Numbered from the stretch's first letter, positions 31,797 to 41,630 are shown. The stretch: 64,000 bases of DNA from Dehalococcoidia bacterium (GCA_963555985.3 OY820591.1:32001-96000), one strand, 5' to 3'. The notes: generated by a model not told the origin, from the sequence alone. Program-made: numbers and translations.

Positions 31797-33233
31797 CTAC
31801 GCGCCTAGACGCAAGCGCTTGCAGATCTCGCGGTGCAGGCGCCGAGTTTCGGCCGCCCAGTCGTCGTCTTGGGGCGCGTCCTTCAGCTGCGCCTCGATCT
31901 GGCGGCAGCCGTACATCACCGTGGTGTGATCTTTACGTCCGAGTTGGCTTGCGATTTCGGCGAAGGAGGATTGGGTGTGCTCGCGGGCCAAGTACATCAC
32001 CAACTGGCGGGCGCGGGCGGTGCGCTTATCGCGCCGCCCGGAGGTGAAGAGATGCAGCGGCACTTCGCAAACCGTGCTGGCGACGCCGATCAGCTCGGCA
32101 ATCGTCGGCGGTTGGCGGGTGGGCTGTTCTGCCTGGTAGTTGAGCAGCACGCGCATCGCGAACTCGACGCTGATCAGGCCGCGGTTGGCGCTCGCGCTCG
32201 CTGCCTCCACGCGCATCCGGTTCAGAGCGCCGAGCAGCGCGCGCACGTGCGCGCCGGCCTGTTCGGCGATCAGTTGGGCGGCGTCGTCGGTCAGCGTGAG
32301 TTGCATTCGCTGCGCTGCGCGTTGCAGGATCGCCACGCCCAACTCGATGTCCGGCTGCTGGATCTCCGCGACGATACCCGCCTCGCAGCGCGTCGCCAGG
32401 CGCTGCGTGAAGCCGTGCAAGCGCCAGGGCGGTTGGTCGGCGCTGAAGACGACCTGGCCGCCGCGATCGATGATGGCGTCCATCACCTGAAAGAGTTCGT
32501 CCTGAGTGCTCGATTTCTGGGCCAGCAGCTGCACATCGTCAATGATCAGCGCGTCCGCGGCGTGATACTTGTCCGCGAAGTCGCCTCGGCTGACCTCCTC
32601 GCGCACTTTGGCGATGTAGTCCTGCAAGAAGCGCTCGGCGCTGCAATAGACCACGTACAGCCCGCGCGCGAGCGTGACGTGCCCGATCGCCTGCAAGAGA
32701 TGCGTCTTGCCTTGACCGGGGTCGGAGTAGATGAAGAGCGGATTGTTGTGTTCGCCGGGCGCTTGCGCCGCGCCGAGCGCGGCGTTGGCCGCGACCCGGT
32801 TGGCTTCGCCGATCACGAACTCGTCGAAGGTGTGCGTGCGCCGGAGCGTAGGTCGCGTGTGGTTGGCGGAAGTGTGCGCCGGCTGCGACGCTGGCGAGTG
32901 CGTCGCCTCTAGCGCCTGAGCGGTCACTTGCAGGGCGGTCCCGGGGTCGGCGGCGTCGGGTACTGGCCGGATCTGGAACTCGATGTTCATCCGCCGCCCG
33001 GAGACTTCCTGGACGGCGCGCGAGATCACGGAGTAGTAGCTCTGGCGCAAAGTTTCGCGCGTGATTGCCTTGCCAACGGCGACGTAGAGCGCGCCCGAAC
33101 GAATCTCGATCCCCTGGGTCTGAGAGAACCACTGCTGGTAGACCTGCTCGGTCAGGGACTGGCGCAAGCGGGTCAGGGCGCGCTCCCAAATCTGCGGGCC
33201 GCTAAGCCAGTCTGCTGAACGTTGGGTCTCCAT
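31797..33233 (-). CDS. dnaA: Chromosomal replication initiator DnaA
   Basis: TFDEFVIGEAN, NPLFIY...GKTHLL, LIIDDVQ, RQLVMYL and GRKDHTTV. Confidence 0.96.
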   Translation of the reverse strand: METQRSADWLSGPQIWERALTRLRQSLTEQVYQQWFSQTQGIEIRSGALYVAVGKAITRETLRQSYYSVISRAVQEVSGRRMNIEFQIRPVPDAADPGTALQVTAQALEATHSPASQPAHTSANHTRPTLRRTHTFDEFVIGEANRVAANAALGAAQAPGEHNNPLFIYSDPGQGKTHLLQAIGHVTLARGLYVVYCSAERFLQDYIAKVREEVSRGDFADKYHAADALIIDDVQLLAQKSSTQDELFQVMDAIIDRGGQVVFSADQPPWRLHGFTQRLATRCEAGIVAEIQQPDIELGVAILQRAAQRMQLTLTDDAAQLIAEQAGAHVRALLGALNRMRVEAASASANRGLISVEFAMRVLLNYQAEQPTRQPPTIAELIGVASTVCEVPLHLFTSGRRDKRTARARQLVMYLAREHTQSSFAEIASQLGRKDHTTVMYGCRQIEAQLKDAPQDDDWAAETRRLHREICKRLRLGA

Positions 33234-33402
33234 CGCTCGCCCCTTGTCGGCCGTCTGCGCGACGCAATGCCGCTTGCGTTCAGCGGCTCACCCTGTCTGT
33301 CGGTGAGCCGCTGCAGGCGCATGCGGCCACATTCGTGGCCGCATCCTGTATCCGACCGGAGGGAGGATGCGGCACTGCTCTCACCCTAGCAAACCCGCCC
33401 GC

Positions 33403-33446
33403 TTATCCACCGCCGCGTCCAGATATTCAGAACAAGGTTATCCACA
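33403..33446 (+). promoter_or_regulatory. DnaA boxes upstream of dnaA
   Basis: Perfect TTATCCACA at 33438-33446; TTATCCACC at 33403-33411. Confidence 0.8.
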
Positions 33447-33604
33447 TATGCAAGGAGTGCCGGCCAGCCGCCCCGGACGACTGCTGAGCGCCCCGGGCGC
33501 GTTGCCCAAGCTGCGCCGAATAGAATGACGGCGACCCCGCCGAAGTCACGGCGCGCCAAGCGGCGCGGCGCACTGCCAATCACCTTAGCGCAGGAGGCTT
33601 CCCG

Positions 33605-34381
33605 ATGCTGATCGCCATCGACATCGGCAACACCACTCTCCAGGTCGGCGTCTTCGACGATCGTCGAATCGTCCATACCTGGCGTCTGGCGACCGACCAC
33701 AAACGCTTGGCCGACGAGTACGGCATCCTCGTCGCATCGTTGCTGCGCTCCGAGGGCATCCAGCGCGAACGGATCGACGGCGCGATCATCTCCTCGGTGG
33801 TGCCCGCGCTCGCGCCCGTCTTCCAGGAGGTCTGCCGCAAGTTTCTGCATACCGAGCCGCTGCTCGTCAGCCCGCACATGCGCAAATCGGTCCGAATCGC
33901 GATCGAGCACACCGAAGAGTTGGGCGCGGACCGGATCGTGGACGCGGTCGCAGCGATGGCGCGCTACGGCCCGCCGCCCCTGATCGTGGTCGATTTCGGT
34001 ACCGCCACCGTCTTCGACGCCATCAACGAGCACGGTGTCTATGTCGGCGGCGCGATCTCGCCCGGGATTGGGATTTCGACCGACGCGCTCTTCGCCCGCG
34101 CCGCGCGGTTAGCCCGGATCGATCTCGAGCGGCCGCCGCACGCGATCGGCACGCGCACTGAGACCGCGCTGCAATCCGGCATCCTCTTTGGGTATGTGGG
34201 TTTGGTCGAGGGCATCATCGCCCGCTTCCGCGATGAACTCGGCGGCGGGCGCGTGATCGCTACCGGCGGCTGGGCCCCGCGCATCGCCAAGGAGACCGAT
34301 GTGCTCGATGTGGTCGATGAAGACCTCATCCTCTGGGGTCTGCGGGAGCTGTACTTCCTCAATGCCGAAGGCCACCCATGA
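33605..34381 (+). CDS. coaX: Type III pantothenate kinase
   Basis: IDIGNT, LGADR, VDFGTAT, GGAISPG and ATGG. Confidence 0.95.
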   Translation: MLIAIDIGNTTLQVGVFDDRRIVHTWRLATDHKRLADEYGILVASLLRSEGIQRERIDGAIISSVVPALAPVFQEVCRKFLHTEPLLVSPHMRKSVRIAIEHTEELGADRIVDAVAAMARYGPPPLIVVDFGTATVFDAINEHGVYVGGAISPGIGISTDALFARAARLARIDLERPPHAIGTRTETALQSGILFGYVGLVEGIIARFRDELGGGRVIATGGWAPRIAKETDVLDVVDEDLILWGLRELYFLNAEGHP

Positions 34382-35622
34382 CCACTCAAGAAACTGCACC
34401 GACGCCGCAACCGCTGGCCGGACGCCGAATCACGCTCGGCGTGACCGGCTCGATTTCCGCCTACAAGTCGGTCGAGATCGCCCGCCGCCTCGAGGACGCC
34501 GGCGCAGTCGTTGATGTCGCGCTCACGCCCAGCGCGGCCCGCTTCATCCCCCCGCTCACCTTCCGCAGTCTCGTCCACGGCGAAGTTGCCGCCGATCTCT
34601 GGGATCCTGCCGCACCCGCCGAGCAGCACGTGGCGATGGGCAGACGGGCGGATGCGGTCGTGGTCGCGCCCGCGTCCGCTACCACGATCGCCAAGCTCGC
34701 CTACGGGATCGGCGACAACCCGGTCACGCTGACAGCACTGGCGAGCGCTGCTCCGCTGGTGGTCGCGCCGGCGATGGACGCGGTGATGTTCGCGCAGCCG
34801 TCGGTACAGGCCAATCTGGAACTGCTCAAGGCGCGCGGCGTCGCGATTGCCGGGCCCGCCGAGGGCAGACTCGCCTCCGGTGCACGCGGACTGGGGCGAC
34901 TGCTGGAGCCGATCCAGATCGCCGCCGCCGCTCGCAGCGCCATTGGCCGGGCGCAGGGCCCGCTGCGCGGGCGGCACGTTCTGGTCACCGCCGGCGGGAC
35001 GCGGGAGCCGATTGATCCAGTCCGCTACGTCGGCAACCGCTCCAGCGGCAAGATGGGTTTCGCGGTCGCGGAGGCGGCTCGGGATCGGGGCGCGGCGGTC
35101 ACGTTGATCACGACTCAGCCGCCGCCGGATGGGATGTACGGCGTGGTCGTGCGCCGGGTGGAGACGGCGCTGGAGATGCAGGAGCGGATTCAGCAGGCGG
35201 CGCGGGGCGCGGACGCGCTGATCATGGCGGCCGCGGTCGCCGACTACCGGCCGACCGAAGCGGCGGAATCGAAGCTCAAGAAGCAGGACGCCGACGAGGC
35301 GGGTATGACGCTCGAACTGGTCGAGAACCCCGATGTGATCGCTTCGATTGAGGCTCCGCTGCTCAAAGTCGGCTTCGCCGCCGAAACCGACGACCTGGTT
35401 GCTAACGCGCAGGCCAAGATTGAGAAGAAGGGATTGGCGTTCATCGTTGCGAATGACGTGTCGCAGCCGGACGCGGGCTTCCAGGTCGATACGAACCGGA
35501 TCGTGCTGCTGGATGCGGAGGGCGGGATTGAGCGTTTGCCGCTGCTGCACAAGTACGATGCGGCGGCTGCGATTCTGGAGCGGCTGATGGGCGATCCAGG
35601 TTGGCGCAAACGCCGCGACTGA
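34378..35622 (+). CDS. coaBC: Bifunctional phosphopantothenoylcysteine decarboxylase/synthase
   Basis: GVTGSISAYK, APAM, TAGGTREPIDPVRY..NRSSGKMG, AAAVADY and GFAAET. Confidence 0.95.
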   Translation: MTTQETAPTPQPLAGRRITLGVTGSISAYKSVEIARRLEDAGAVVDVALTPSAARFIPPLTFRSLVHGEVAADLWDPAAPAEQHVAMGRRADAVVVAPASATTIAKLAYGIGDNPVTLTALASAAPLVVAPAMDAVMFAQPSVQANLELLKARGVAIAGPAEGRLASGARGLGRLLEPIQIAAAARSAIGRAQGPLRGRHVLVTAGGTREPIDPVRYVGNRSSGKMGFAVAEAARDRGAAVTLITTQPPPDGMYGVVVRRVETALEMQERIQQAARGADALIMAAAVADYRPTEAAESKLKKQDADEAGMTLELVENPDVIASIEAPLLKVGFAAETDDLVANAQAKIEKKGLAFIVANDVSQPDAGFQVDTNRIVLLDAEGGIERLPLLHKYDAAAAILERLMGDPGWRKRRD

Positions 35623-35636
35623 GTTGCTCTCGCCTT

Positions 35637-35668
35637 CGTCATTGCCGCGACGGAGCGAGGCAATGACG
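35637..35668. repeat. CGTC-type palindrome (possible terminator) after coaBC
   Basis: CGTCATTGCC-N12-GGCAATGACG; the same arm occurs near 46530-46560 and 55920-55950. Confidence 0.7.
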
Positions 35669-35751
35669 GAGTTCTTGCGGGAGCGATCGCAGCGTGGGCG
35701 GTTATTCTGGGGGCCGGCTCCGCTCAGGGTCAGAGAGTGAGGGATGGCGCC

Positions 35752-36138
35752 ATGAATGAGGCGGCGACGCGCTACCGCGACCAGGGGCATGTGTATTTGG
35801 CCCAGGCGAGGGAGGAGTTCGCGCGCGAGGACCTGATGCAGGCCTCCGAGAAGGCTTGGGGGGCGGCGGCGCAATTGGTCAAGGCGGCGGCGGCGGATCG
35901 GGGATGGAGGCACGGTCGCCATGCGACGCTCTATCAGGTTGTGCGACAACTAGTGGAGGAGACCGGGGTTGACGCGCTCAGGCTGGAGTTCGCGGTCGCC
36001 GGAGAGTTGCACGCCAATTTCTACGAGGGGTTCCTCGCGCCGGCAGTAGTCGAGGACTACTTGCAAGATGTGGCCCGCTTCGTCGAGCGGGTCGAGGGAT
36101 TGCTCAACGGTACCTCCGACAACGGAGCGGGAGACTAG
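35752..36138 (+). CDS. PaREP1 family (HEPN-like) protein
   Basis: DLMQASEKAWGAAAQLVKA and LHANFYE. Confidence 0.82.
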   Translation: MNEAATRYRDQGHVYLAQAREEFAREDLMQASEKAWGAAAQLVKAAAADRGWRHGRHATLYQVVRQLVEETGVDALRLEFAVAGELHANFYEGFLAPAVVEDYLQDVARFVERVEGLLNGTSDNGAGD

Positions 36139-36476
36139 AGATCGATATCGATCTCCTCCTTGAGCGGTGTCTTGCCTTCGGGGAGGGTGAAGAAGTTGCA
36201 GAAACAGGCGCCCTCGAAGTCGACCAGGCCGTTGAGCACCGGTTCGCAGACGCAGATCGTGTCGTCGTTGTTGGCGGGTTGGCAGGGGCAGTAGAACTTG
36301 CCGAAGCGCAGGCGCATGTTGACGAAGTCGTTGATCGTCTGGTCGGCGTTCATGAGGATGTAGCCGCGCTCTTCGCAGAACTGGTCGGCCAGTTCGGTCA
36401 TTTCGGCGCGGTACTGCTCGCGCAGCGCCCGTTCTTCCTCTTCCGGCAGATCGGTCAGGCGCTCAAACTCGCTCAT
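36135..36476 (-). CDS. Ferredoxin-thioredoxin reductase catalytic-subunit-like protein
   Basis: YCPC, ICVC and G.CFC cysteine triad. Confidence 0.8.
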   Translation of the reverse strand: MSEFERLTDLPEEEERALREQYRAEMTELADQFCEERGYILMNADQTINDFVNMRLRFGKFYCPCQPANNDDTICVCEPVLNGLVDFEGACFCNFFTLPEGKTPLKEEIDIDL

Positions 36477-37984
36477 GATCCGTTCCCTTCAGCTTGGGCG
36501 GCGACGCGGCCTTCGGCAAACCGTACCAGCGAGCGTACCGGTACGCCGGTCGCGCCCTTGACTTGGGTGCCGCGCACTTTGCTTGCGTCGTCGGTGCCGG
36601 CCATGTCGAGGTGGGCCCAGGGCGTGTCTCCGGCGAAGCGGGCGAGGAACTTGGCGGCGGTGATCGCGCCCGCCAGGCGGCCGCCGGTGTTCTTGATGTC
36701 GGCGACCTGGCTGCGAATCTGCTCGTCGTATTCGCCGAACATGGGGAGCTGCCAGATCTTCTCGCCGGCGCGCTTGCCGGCCGCGATCACCTCGGCCGCC
36801 AGGTCGTCGTCGTTGACCATCAGGCCGGTGGCGACATCGCCGAGCGCGACCGCGCAGGCTCCGGTCAGCGTGGCCACGTCGATCAGTGGCGAGAGGCCCA
36901 GGTGGTTGGCGTAGGAGAGGGCGTCGGCCAGCACGAGGCGGCCTTCGGCGTCGGTGTTGATCACCTCGATCGTGGTGCCGTTCATCGCGGTCAGCACGTC
37001 GCCGGGCTTGATCGCGTTGCCGCCGGGCATGTTCTCGGTGCAAGGCGCGAGCGCGGTCACGTTGATCGGCAGGCCCAGGTCGGCGATCGCGCCCATCGCC
37101 GCCACGACTGCGGCTGCGCCGGACATGTCTTGCTTCATCGCCTCCATGTTTGCGGCGGGCTTGATTGAAATGCCGCCGGTGTCGAAGGTGATGCCCTTGC
37201 CGCAATAGCCCAGCCCCGGCTCGGAGCCGCCGCCGCGATGGCGCAGGATCAGGAACTTGGCGGGCTGGTGCGAACCCTTGGCTACGCCCAGGAATGAACC
37301 CATGCCCAGCTCCGCCGCCGCCGCCTCGTCGAGGACCTCGATCTCGATCCCGTGATCGCCGGCCCAAGCCTCGGCGCGAGCGGCGAGTTCCGTGGGGGTA
37401 AGCACGTTGGAGGGTTCGTTAGCCAGATCGCGGGCGAAGTTGGCCGCTTCTGCGAGTGCGCGCCCGTGCGCGATCCCCGCCTCGACAGCGGCCACGCTGG
37501 GACTGTGCAGCGAGGCGCGCTCCAGCACATTTGGCGATTGCTCCGGCGTCTGATGGCGGTCGAAGCGGTAGAGGCCCAGCAGCAGGCCCTCGGTGATTGC
37601 GCCTGCGATCTCCTCCGCGGTCAACCCGCATTCCTCGCCGTCGACCGCGATGGCGAGCGAGCCGGAGGCCATTCCCCGCGCTCGGCGCGCGCCGGTCGCG
37701 GCGGCGTTGCGGATCTCGTCCAGCCCCATCTTCTCCGCCGGGCCCAGCCCCGCGATCACCGCGCGCGAGGCTGTTGTCCGGCCCAGCGTGTGCACGACGA
37801 CCGCTTCGCCGGCCTTGCCGGAGAGTTCGCCCGAAGCCGCCAGCGGCGCTAAGCCGCCGTCCAGCGCTTCGTTCAGGGCGCGGACCGCGCCTCCGTCGAG
37901 GATGTCGTCGCCTTTGGTGGCGAATACCAGCAGGTGGTCGGCCGCCGCCTCAATTGCGGGCGCGGCGCTCGCGGTGATCTCCAT
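36473..37984 (-). CDS. pepA: Leucyl aminopeptidase (M17)
   Basis: GKGITFDTGG, MKQDMSGAA and NTDAEGRLVLAD. Confidence 0.95.
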   Translation of the reverse strand: MEITASAAPAIEAAADHLLVFATKGDDILDGGAVRALNEALDGGLAPLAASGELSGKAGEAVVVHTLGRTTASRAVIAGLGPAEKMGLDEIRNAAATGARRARGMASGSLAIAVDGEECGLTAEEIAGAITEGLLLGLYRFDRHQTPEQSPNVLERASLHSPSVAAVEAGIAHGRALAEAANFARDLANEPSNVLTPTELAARAEAWAGDHGIEIEVLDEAAAAELGMGSFLGVAKGSHQPAKFLILRHRGGGSEPGLGYCGKGITFDTGGISIKPAANMEAMKQDMSGAAAVVAAMGAIADLGLPINVTALAPCTENMPGGNAIKPGDVLTAMNGTTIEVINTDAEGRLVLADALSYANHLGLSPLIDVATLTGACAVALGDVATGLMVNDDDLAAEVIAAGKRAGEKIWQLPMFGEYDEQIRSQVADIKNTGGRLAGAITAAKFLARFAGDTPWAHLDMAGTDDASKVRGTQVKGATGVPVRSLVRFAEGRVAAQAEGNGS

Positions 37985-38157
37985 GTCGTCCCTGTTTCCA
38001 GCGCAGGCGCTTGTGCTCGATGATGATCCTACAGAACGGCTGGGTTGGCGTGGAGGGAGAGGGGAAAGGCACGGTAGGGACTGGACGGTCGCGGTTTGCG
38101 GCCTGACGGGGGCTGTAAGAAAAAAACGAGGTGGGGTCGCCGCTTGCAGTCGGGGGA

Positions 38158-38514
38158 TTACTGCGGCTCTTCCTCTTCCTCGAGGCTGTCGTCGTCGTCC
38201 GGCAGGGGCACGTCTTCGCCGCGCATGAGGGCGACGGCGATGGCGTGGGGATGGAGGTGGAGTTCTTTCTTCTGCTCGGGAGTGAGCGGAGCTTCGGGGA
38301 GTCTGGGGGAGTGGTTGGCTCGGGGTTTGGGCGCGGGTTCGGGGTGGGGTTCGAGGTCGAGCGCGTGGTGGATCTCGCGGCTCTTGGCGTTGGAGGGGGA
38401 GAGTTCGCGGACGAGGAGGGCGAGCGCTTTGATGCGGACGTGGCCGGCTTCGTTGGAGTGGGCGATTTGGCCGACGCCGGTCATGCTGGACTGGTAGGTG
38501 TAGTCGAAGGGCAT
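38158..38514 (-). CDS. Orphan 118-aa protein with acidic tail
   Basis: AAGGA RBS; upstream TTGCAA-N18-TAAGCT promoter-like sequence on the minus strand. Confidence 0.55.
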   Translation of the reverse strand: MPFDYTYQSSMTGVGQIAHSNEAGHVRIKALALLVRELSPSNAKSREIHHALDLEPHPEPAPKPRANHSPRLPEAPLTPEQKKELHLHPHAIAVALMRGEDVPLPDDDDSLEEEEEPQ

Positions 38515-38632
38515 GGCGGGGTGTTCCTTTCTTGGGGAATGAAGGACTCTTGAGCTTATCTGGATGGATGTTCGGATTGCAAGTTGGTTGGATGTGTTGT
38601 GGTTGTCGTTGGGGGGTTGGGTGCTGGTCACG

Positions 38633-38745
38633 GCGAGATACCCGCGACGGGGCGCGGGTATGACGGAGCTTTTTGGGAATGACGGAGTTCTGGGCGCGGG
38701 CATGACGGAGCCTTTTGGGAATGACAGAGGGGGCGCGGGAATGAG
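38633..38745. repeat. REP arm followed by tandem REP half-site array
   Basis: CGAGATACCCGCG..CGCGGGTATGACGG followed by repeated ATGACGGAG and GGGAATGAC units. Confidence 0.7.
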
Positions 38746-38790
38746 AGGGCGAGGGTTGGGATGGCAGACTTTAGCGGGGAGGGCGGGCTG

Positions 38791-39522
38791 ATGCGTGCGT
38801 TTTTGCGTGAGCTCGTGGCTGTTGGGGCGGCGGGGCTGCTTTATTTTCTTGTGCGCGGGGCTGTTGTTGATCGTATTGAGGAGGCGTTTCAGCGGGGGCG
38901 GGACATTCTTGAGCTTGAGCGACGGCTGGGTCTCGATTGGGAACTGGCGATCCATGAGCTGATCTTGCACTCGCCGGGGCTGATTGATTTGGCGAACGGG
39001 ACGTATTTCTGGGGGCATATGCCGCTGCTGATCGTGCTGGCAGTCTGGCTCTGGCGGAGCCAGCGCCCGATCTGGCGGGTGTTTCGCAATGCGCTGCTGA
39101 TCTCGGCGGTGGCGGGGATGGTTTCGTACTTTCTCTTTCCGACCGCTCCGCCTCGGCTGATGCCGGAGCTTGGCTACGTGGACACGCTCGCGCTGCGGGC
39201 GGCTCCGGCGTATCAGGCGCAGGAGGTGGGGTTGTTCGTTAATCCCTATGCGGCGCTGCCGAGTCTGCATGTGGGCTGGGCGCTGCTGGCGGGGATCGCC
39301 TGTTGGCAGGCCGGACGGCGATCTTTGGGCGCGACGGCCTGGGTTTGGTACGTCCTGGCGCTGCTGATTCCGTTTTCGCAGAGTTGGGCGGTGGTGGCGA
39401 CGGCCAATCACTGGACGTTGGATGCGTTTGCGGGGATCGCGGTCTGCGCGATTGCCTGGTCGATCGTGATCCTGGCGAATAGGCTGAGTTTCAGATCGCC
39501 CGTCCAATTCAAGAGGAGTTGA
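38791..39522 (+). CDS. PAP2-family (AUR1/IPC-synthase-like) membrane protein
   Basis: PTAPPRL, NPYAALPSLHVGWA and ATANHWTLD. Confidence 0.85.
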   Translation: MRAFLRELVAVGAAGLLYFLVRGAVVDRIEEAFQRGRDILELERRLGLDWELAIHELILHSPGLIDLANGTYFWGHMPLLIVLAVWLWRSQRPIWRVFRNALLISAVAGMVSYFLFPTAPPRLMPELGYVDTLALRAAPAYQAQEVGLFVNPYAALPSLHVGWALLAGIACWQAGRRSLGATAWVWYVLALLIPFSQSWAVVATANHWTLDAFAGIAVCAIAWSIVILANRLSFRSPVQFKRS

Positions 39523-39524
39523 CG

Positions 39525-39839
39525 ATGCTCGTCGTGACCACGCCAACGGTGCCGAACCGCGAGATTTACGAGGTGCTTGGGATCGTGAGCGCGAACAGCG
39601 TGCGCTCGCGGAACGTAGGGCGCGACATCGTCGCCGGCCTCAAGAGCCTGATCGGGGGCGAAGTGCATACCTACACGAGGCTGATGACGGAGACGCGGGA
39701 GCAGGTGCTGGAAAAGCTGGAGGCCTCCGCCGAGCGGATGGGGGCGGACGCGATCGTGGGCGCGCGGATGATGACGTCGGATATCGGCCAGAATATGGCT
39801 GAGGTCTACATGTACGGCACGGCGGTGAAGCTGAGGTAG
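39525..39839 (+). CDS. YbjQ/UPF0145 family protein
   Basis: RDIVAGLKSLIGGE, GADAIVG and YGTAVKL. Confidence 0.92.
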   Translation: MLVVTTPTVPNREIYEVLGIVSANSVRSRNVGRDIVAGLKSLIGGEVHTYTRLMTETREQVLEKLEASAERMGADAIVGARMMTSDIGQNMAEVYMYGTAVKLR

Positions 39840-39842
39840 GGG

Positions 39843-40142
39843 TTAGCGCCGGGGGTAGGAGGGCGGGTCGATTCCCTTGTAGGCGATGTCGCGCGGCAAG
39901 ATGCGAGTCACGCTGATAGTTCGACTGCCCTGTTGATTGGCGAAGATCAGGCGATAGCCGTTAATCCGCCGGCGAAAGAGATCGGGGTTGTTGTCCAGTT
40001 GAATCGTGCCCGGCCCAAATGGGTTACGGCGGAGTTCGCGCAAACATTCGTTCACAACGCGCCGAAGTCGCAGTGACAGTTCCGCCCGCTGGCGTTGAGC
40101 AGCCGGTTGCAGCCGAACCTGGTAGTTCAACGACGGAGGCAC
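39843..40142 (-). CDS. RelE/ParE family toxin
   Basis: Y.V.L...A, NP, FRRRINGYRLIF and I.PR..AY. Confidence 0.75.
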   Translation of the reverse strand: MPPSLNYQVRLQPAAQRQRAELSLRLRRVVNECLRELRRNPFGPGTIQLDNNPDLFRRRINGYRLIFANQQGSRTISVTRILPRDIAYKGIDPPSYPRR

Positions 40143-40145
40143 TGG

Positions 40146-40607
40146 CTAGTCGACAAACTCATCGGGGCAGAGCTGTTCCAGCTCCTCAAGCGAGACTGCG
40201 GCTTTTTCGTCGGGGTCCCACTCGTAGCGGATGTAGTGAATGTCGTCCCAATCTTCCGCGGGCGTGAATACGTAGCTGTACGGCGTTCCCTTTGGCGAAA
40301 GCCGAAACGGCGGCGGCTCCGTCGCGAGCCCGAGCGCCTGATCCCAGCGCCCGTTTGGAGATCGAATTCGGATTCGCTGGATGTACACGTCATCGGGCAC
40401 ACGACTGGCGGGCTCGTCGTCTTCGCGGAAGGTGGCGAAGTCGAAGTCGTGCATGGCGTCATCGGCCAGATGCTCGTCTTGCAGGTGCTCCGCTTCATCC
40501 ATGCGGGCGCGCAGCCAAGCGACCGGATCGTCTCCGGCCTCCGCCCGCAGGCGCGCGCACTCGCTGCGCAGCCACTCCTGCTGATTCTGCTCTTCCTGAG
40601 CGACCAC
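40146..40607 (-). CDS. Putative antitoxin upstream of RelE
   Basis: Acidic; ends 3 bp before the toxin start; C-terminal VSLEEL; GAGGAG RBS. Confidence 0.55.
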   Translation of the reverse strand: MVAQEEQNQQEWLRSECARLRAEAGDDPVAWLRARMDEAEHLQDEHLADDAMHDFDFATFREDDEPASRVPDDVYIQRIRIRSPNGRWDQALGLATEPPPFRLSPKGTPYSYVFTPAEDWDDIHYIRYEWDPDEKAAVSLEELEQLCPDEFVD

Positions 40608-40618
40608 CAGCGCACTCC

Positions 40619-40963
40619 TCAGTTGTGGTGCTGGAAGATTGGGAGCGGGGCGAGGGGGGCGTAGATCTCGACGGAGAGCTCGTAGACCTGCTCGGCCCAG
40701 CGATCCCAGTCCTGTCTCGCGGCCCGCGCTTCTTCGGACGAGAACGCCTGCTGCACGGCTGACTCGTTCTCGAACATGTAGCCCATCAGGTGGGCTCCGG
40801 CGATCGGGTCTGCGGAGCGGACGCGGAAGGCGGAGACGATGCCCGGGATTTCAAGTACGTGGGGGAGATGGGTCTGGCGATGCCAGCGCTCGAACTCTTC
40901 GAGCACGGAGGGATCGATCCGGGCGCGGACGATCATGATTGGGTGGCGTTGCAATGGCGTCAC
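40619..40963 (-). CDS. EthD/DUF4286-like dimeric alpha-beta barrel protein
   Basis: EEFERWH..THLP.VL.IPG.VSA.R. Confidence 0.65.
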   Translation of the reverse strand: MTPLQRHPIMIVRARIDPSVLEEFERWHRQTHLPHVLEIPGIVSAFRVRSADPIAGAHLMGYMFENESAVQQAFSSEEARAARQDWDRWAEQVYELSVEIYAPLAPLPIFQHHN

Positions 40964-41168
40964 CTACACAGTCTCGCACTTCCGGCCCATAGACGGGAGC
41001 GGCGCGGCTGTCCGGGGTGTGCGTAATCCACTTTGCGCTGACTTGTTCCGGTTCGCCCTCAGCGGCTGCGCTCTGATAGTGTGATTGCGTCGCGCAGCGG
41101 GTACAGCGCCGACATCCGGTGGGGGGACAGACAGGAATCCCCAACCGCACCGCAGCCGGTGGGAAGCA

Positions 41169-41435
41169 ATGCTCAGCAAGGACGAGAAAGCCGCAATCGC
41201 CCGGAGATTCGGGCGCAGCGAAGATGACACCGGCTCGCCAGAGGTTCAGGTGGCCGCGCTGACCGAGCGCATCGCCCGCTTGACCGACCATCTCCGCGAG
41301 CACAAGCACGACTACGCCACGCGGCGCGCCCTGATGAAGCTGGTCGGGCGCCGGCGGCGGCAGCTCGCTTATCTCAACCGCGAAGATGTCGGCCGTTACC
41401 GCGCCCTGATCGCCGAGCTTGGCCTGCGCCGCTAG
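41169..41435 (+). CDS. rpsO: 30S ribosomal protein S15
   Basis: [16 protein letters not shown] and LIAELGLRR. Confidence 0.97.
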   Translation: MLSKDEKAAIARRFGRSEDDTGSPEVQVAALTERIARLTDHLREHKHDYATRRALMKLVGRRRRQLAYLNREDVGRYRALIAELGLRR

Positions 41436-41630
41436 CGAATCTGGGCCCGAACCCGCTCGCGCCGAACCACCCCCTGTACGGCATTGGCCTGCGGGCCAGG
41501 CAATGTCATGCCGTGCAGCGCGCACCGAAGGCGCAAGCGCGCCGGTGCGCACGACACCTGCTTCGCCGCCCGGAGCCTAGAGCGATTGTCCGCGAGCGCG
41601 AAGCCCGAAAGAGACGAGGAATCCGAAACC

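Noticed and set aside
38085-38157. tRNA or intrinsic terminator
   Set aside because: No cloverleaf or T-loop; the U-tract on the minus strand lacks a convincing adjacent stem.
38158-39546. 462-aa ORF as a single gene
   Set aside because: The 5' part is antisense to the PAP2 gene and crosses repeats; only the last 118 codons have RBS and promoter support.
41085-41168. S15 autoregulatory leader RNA
   Set aside because: Plausible by position, but a specific structure could not be supported by eye.
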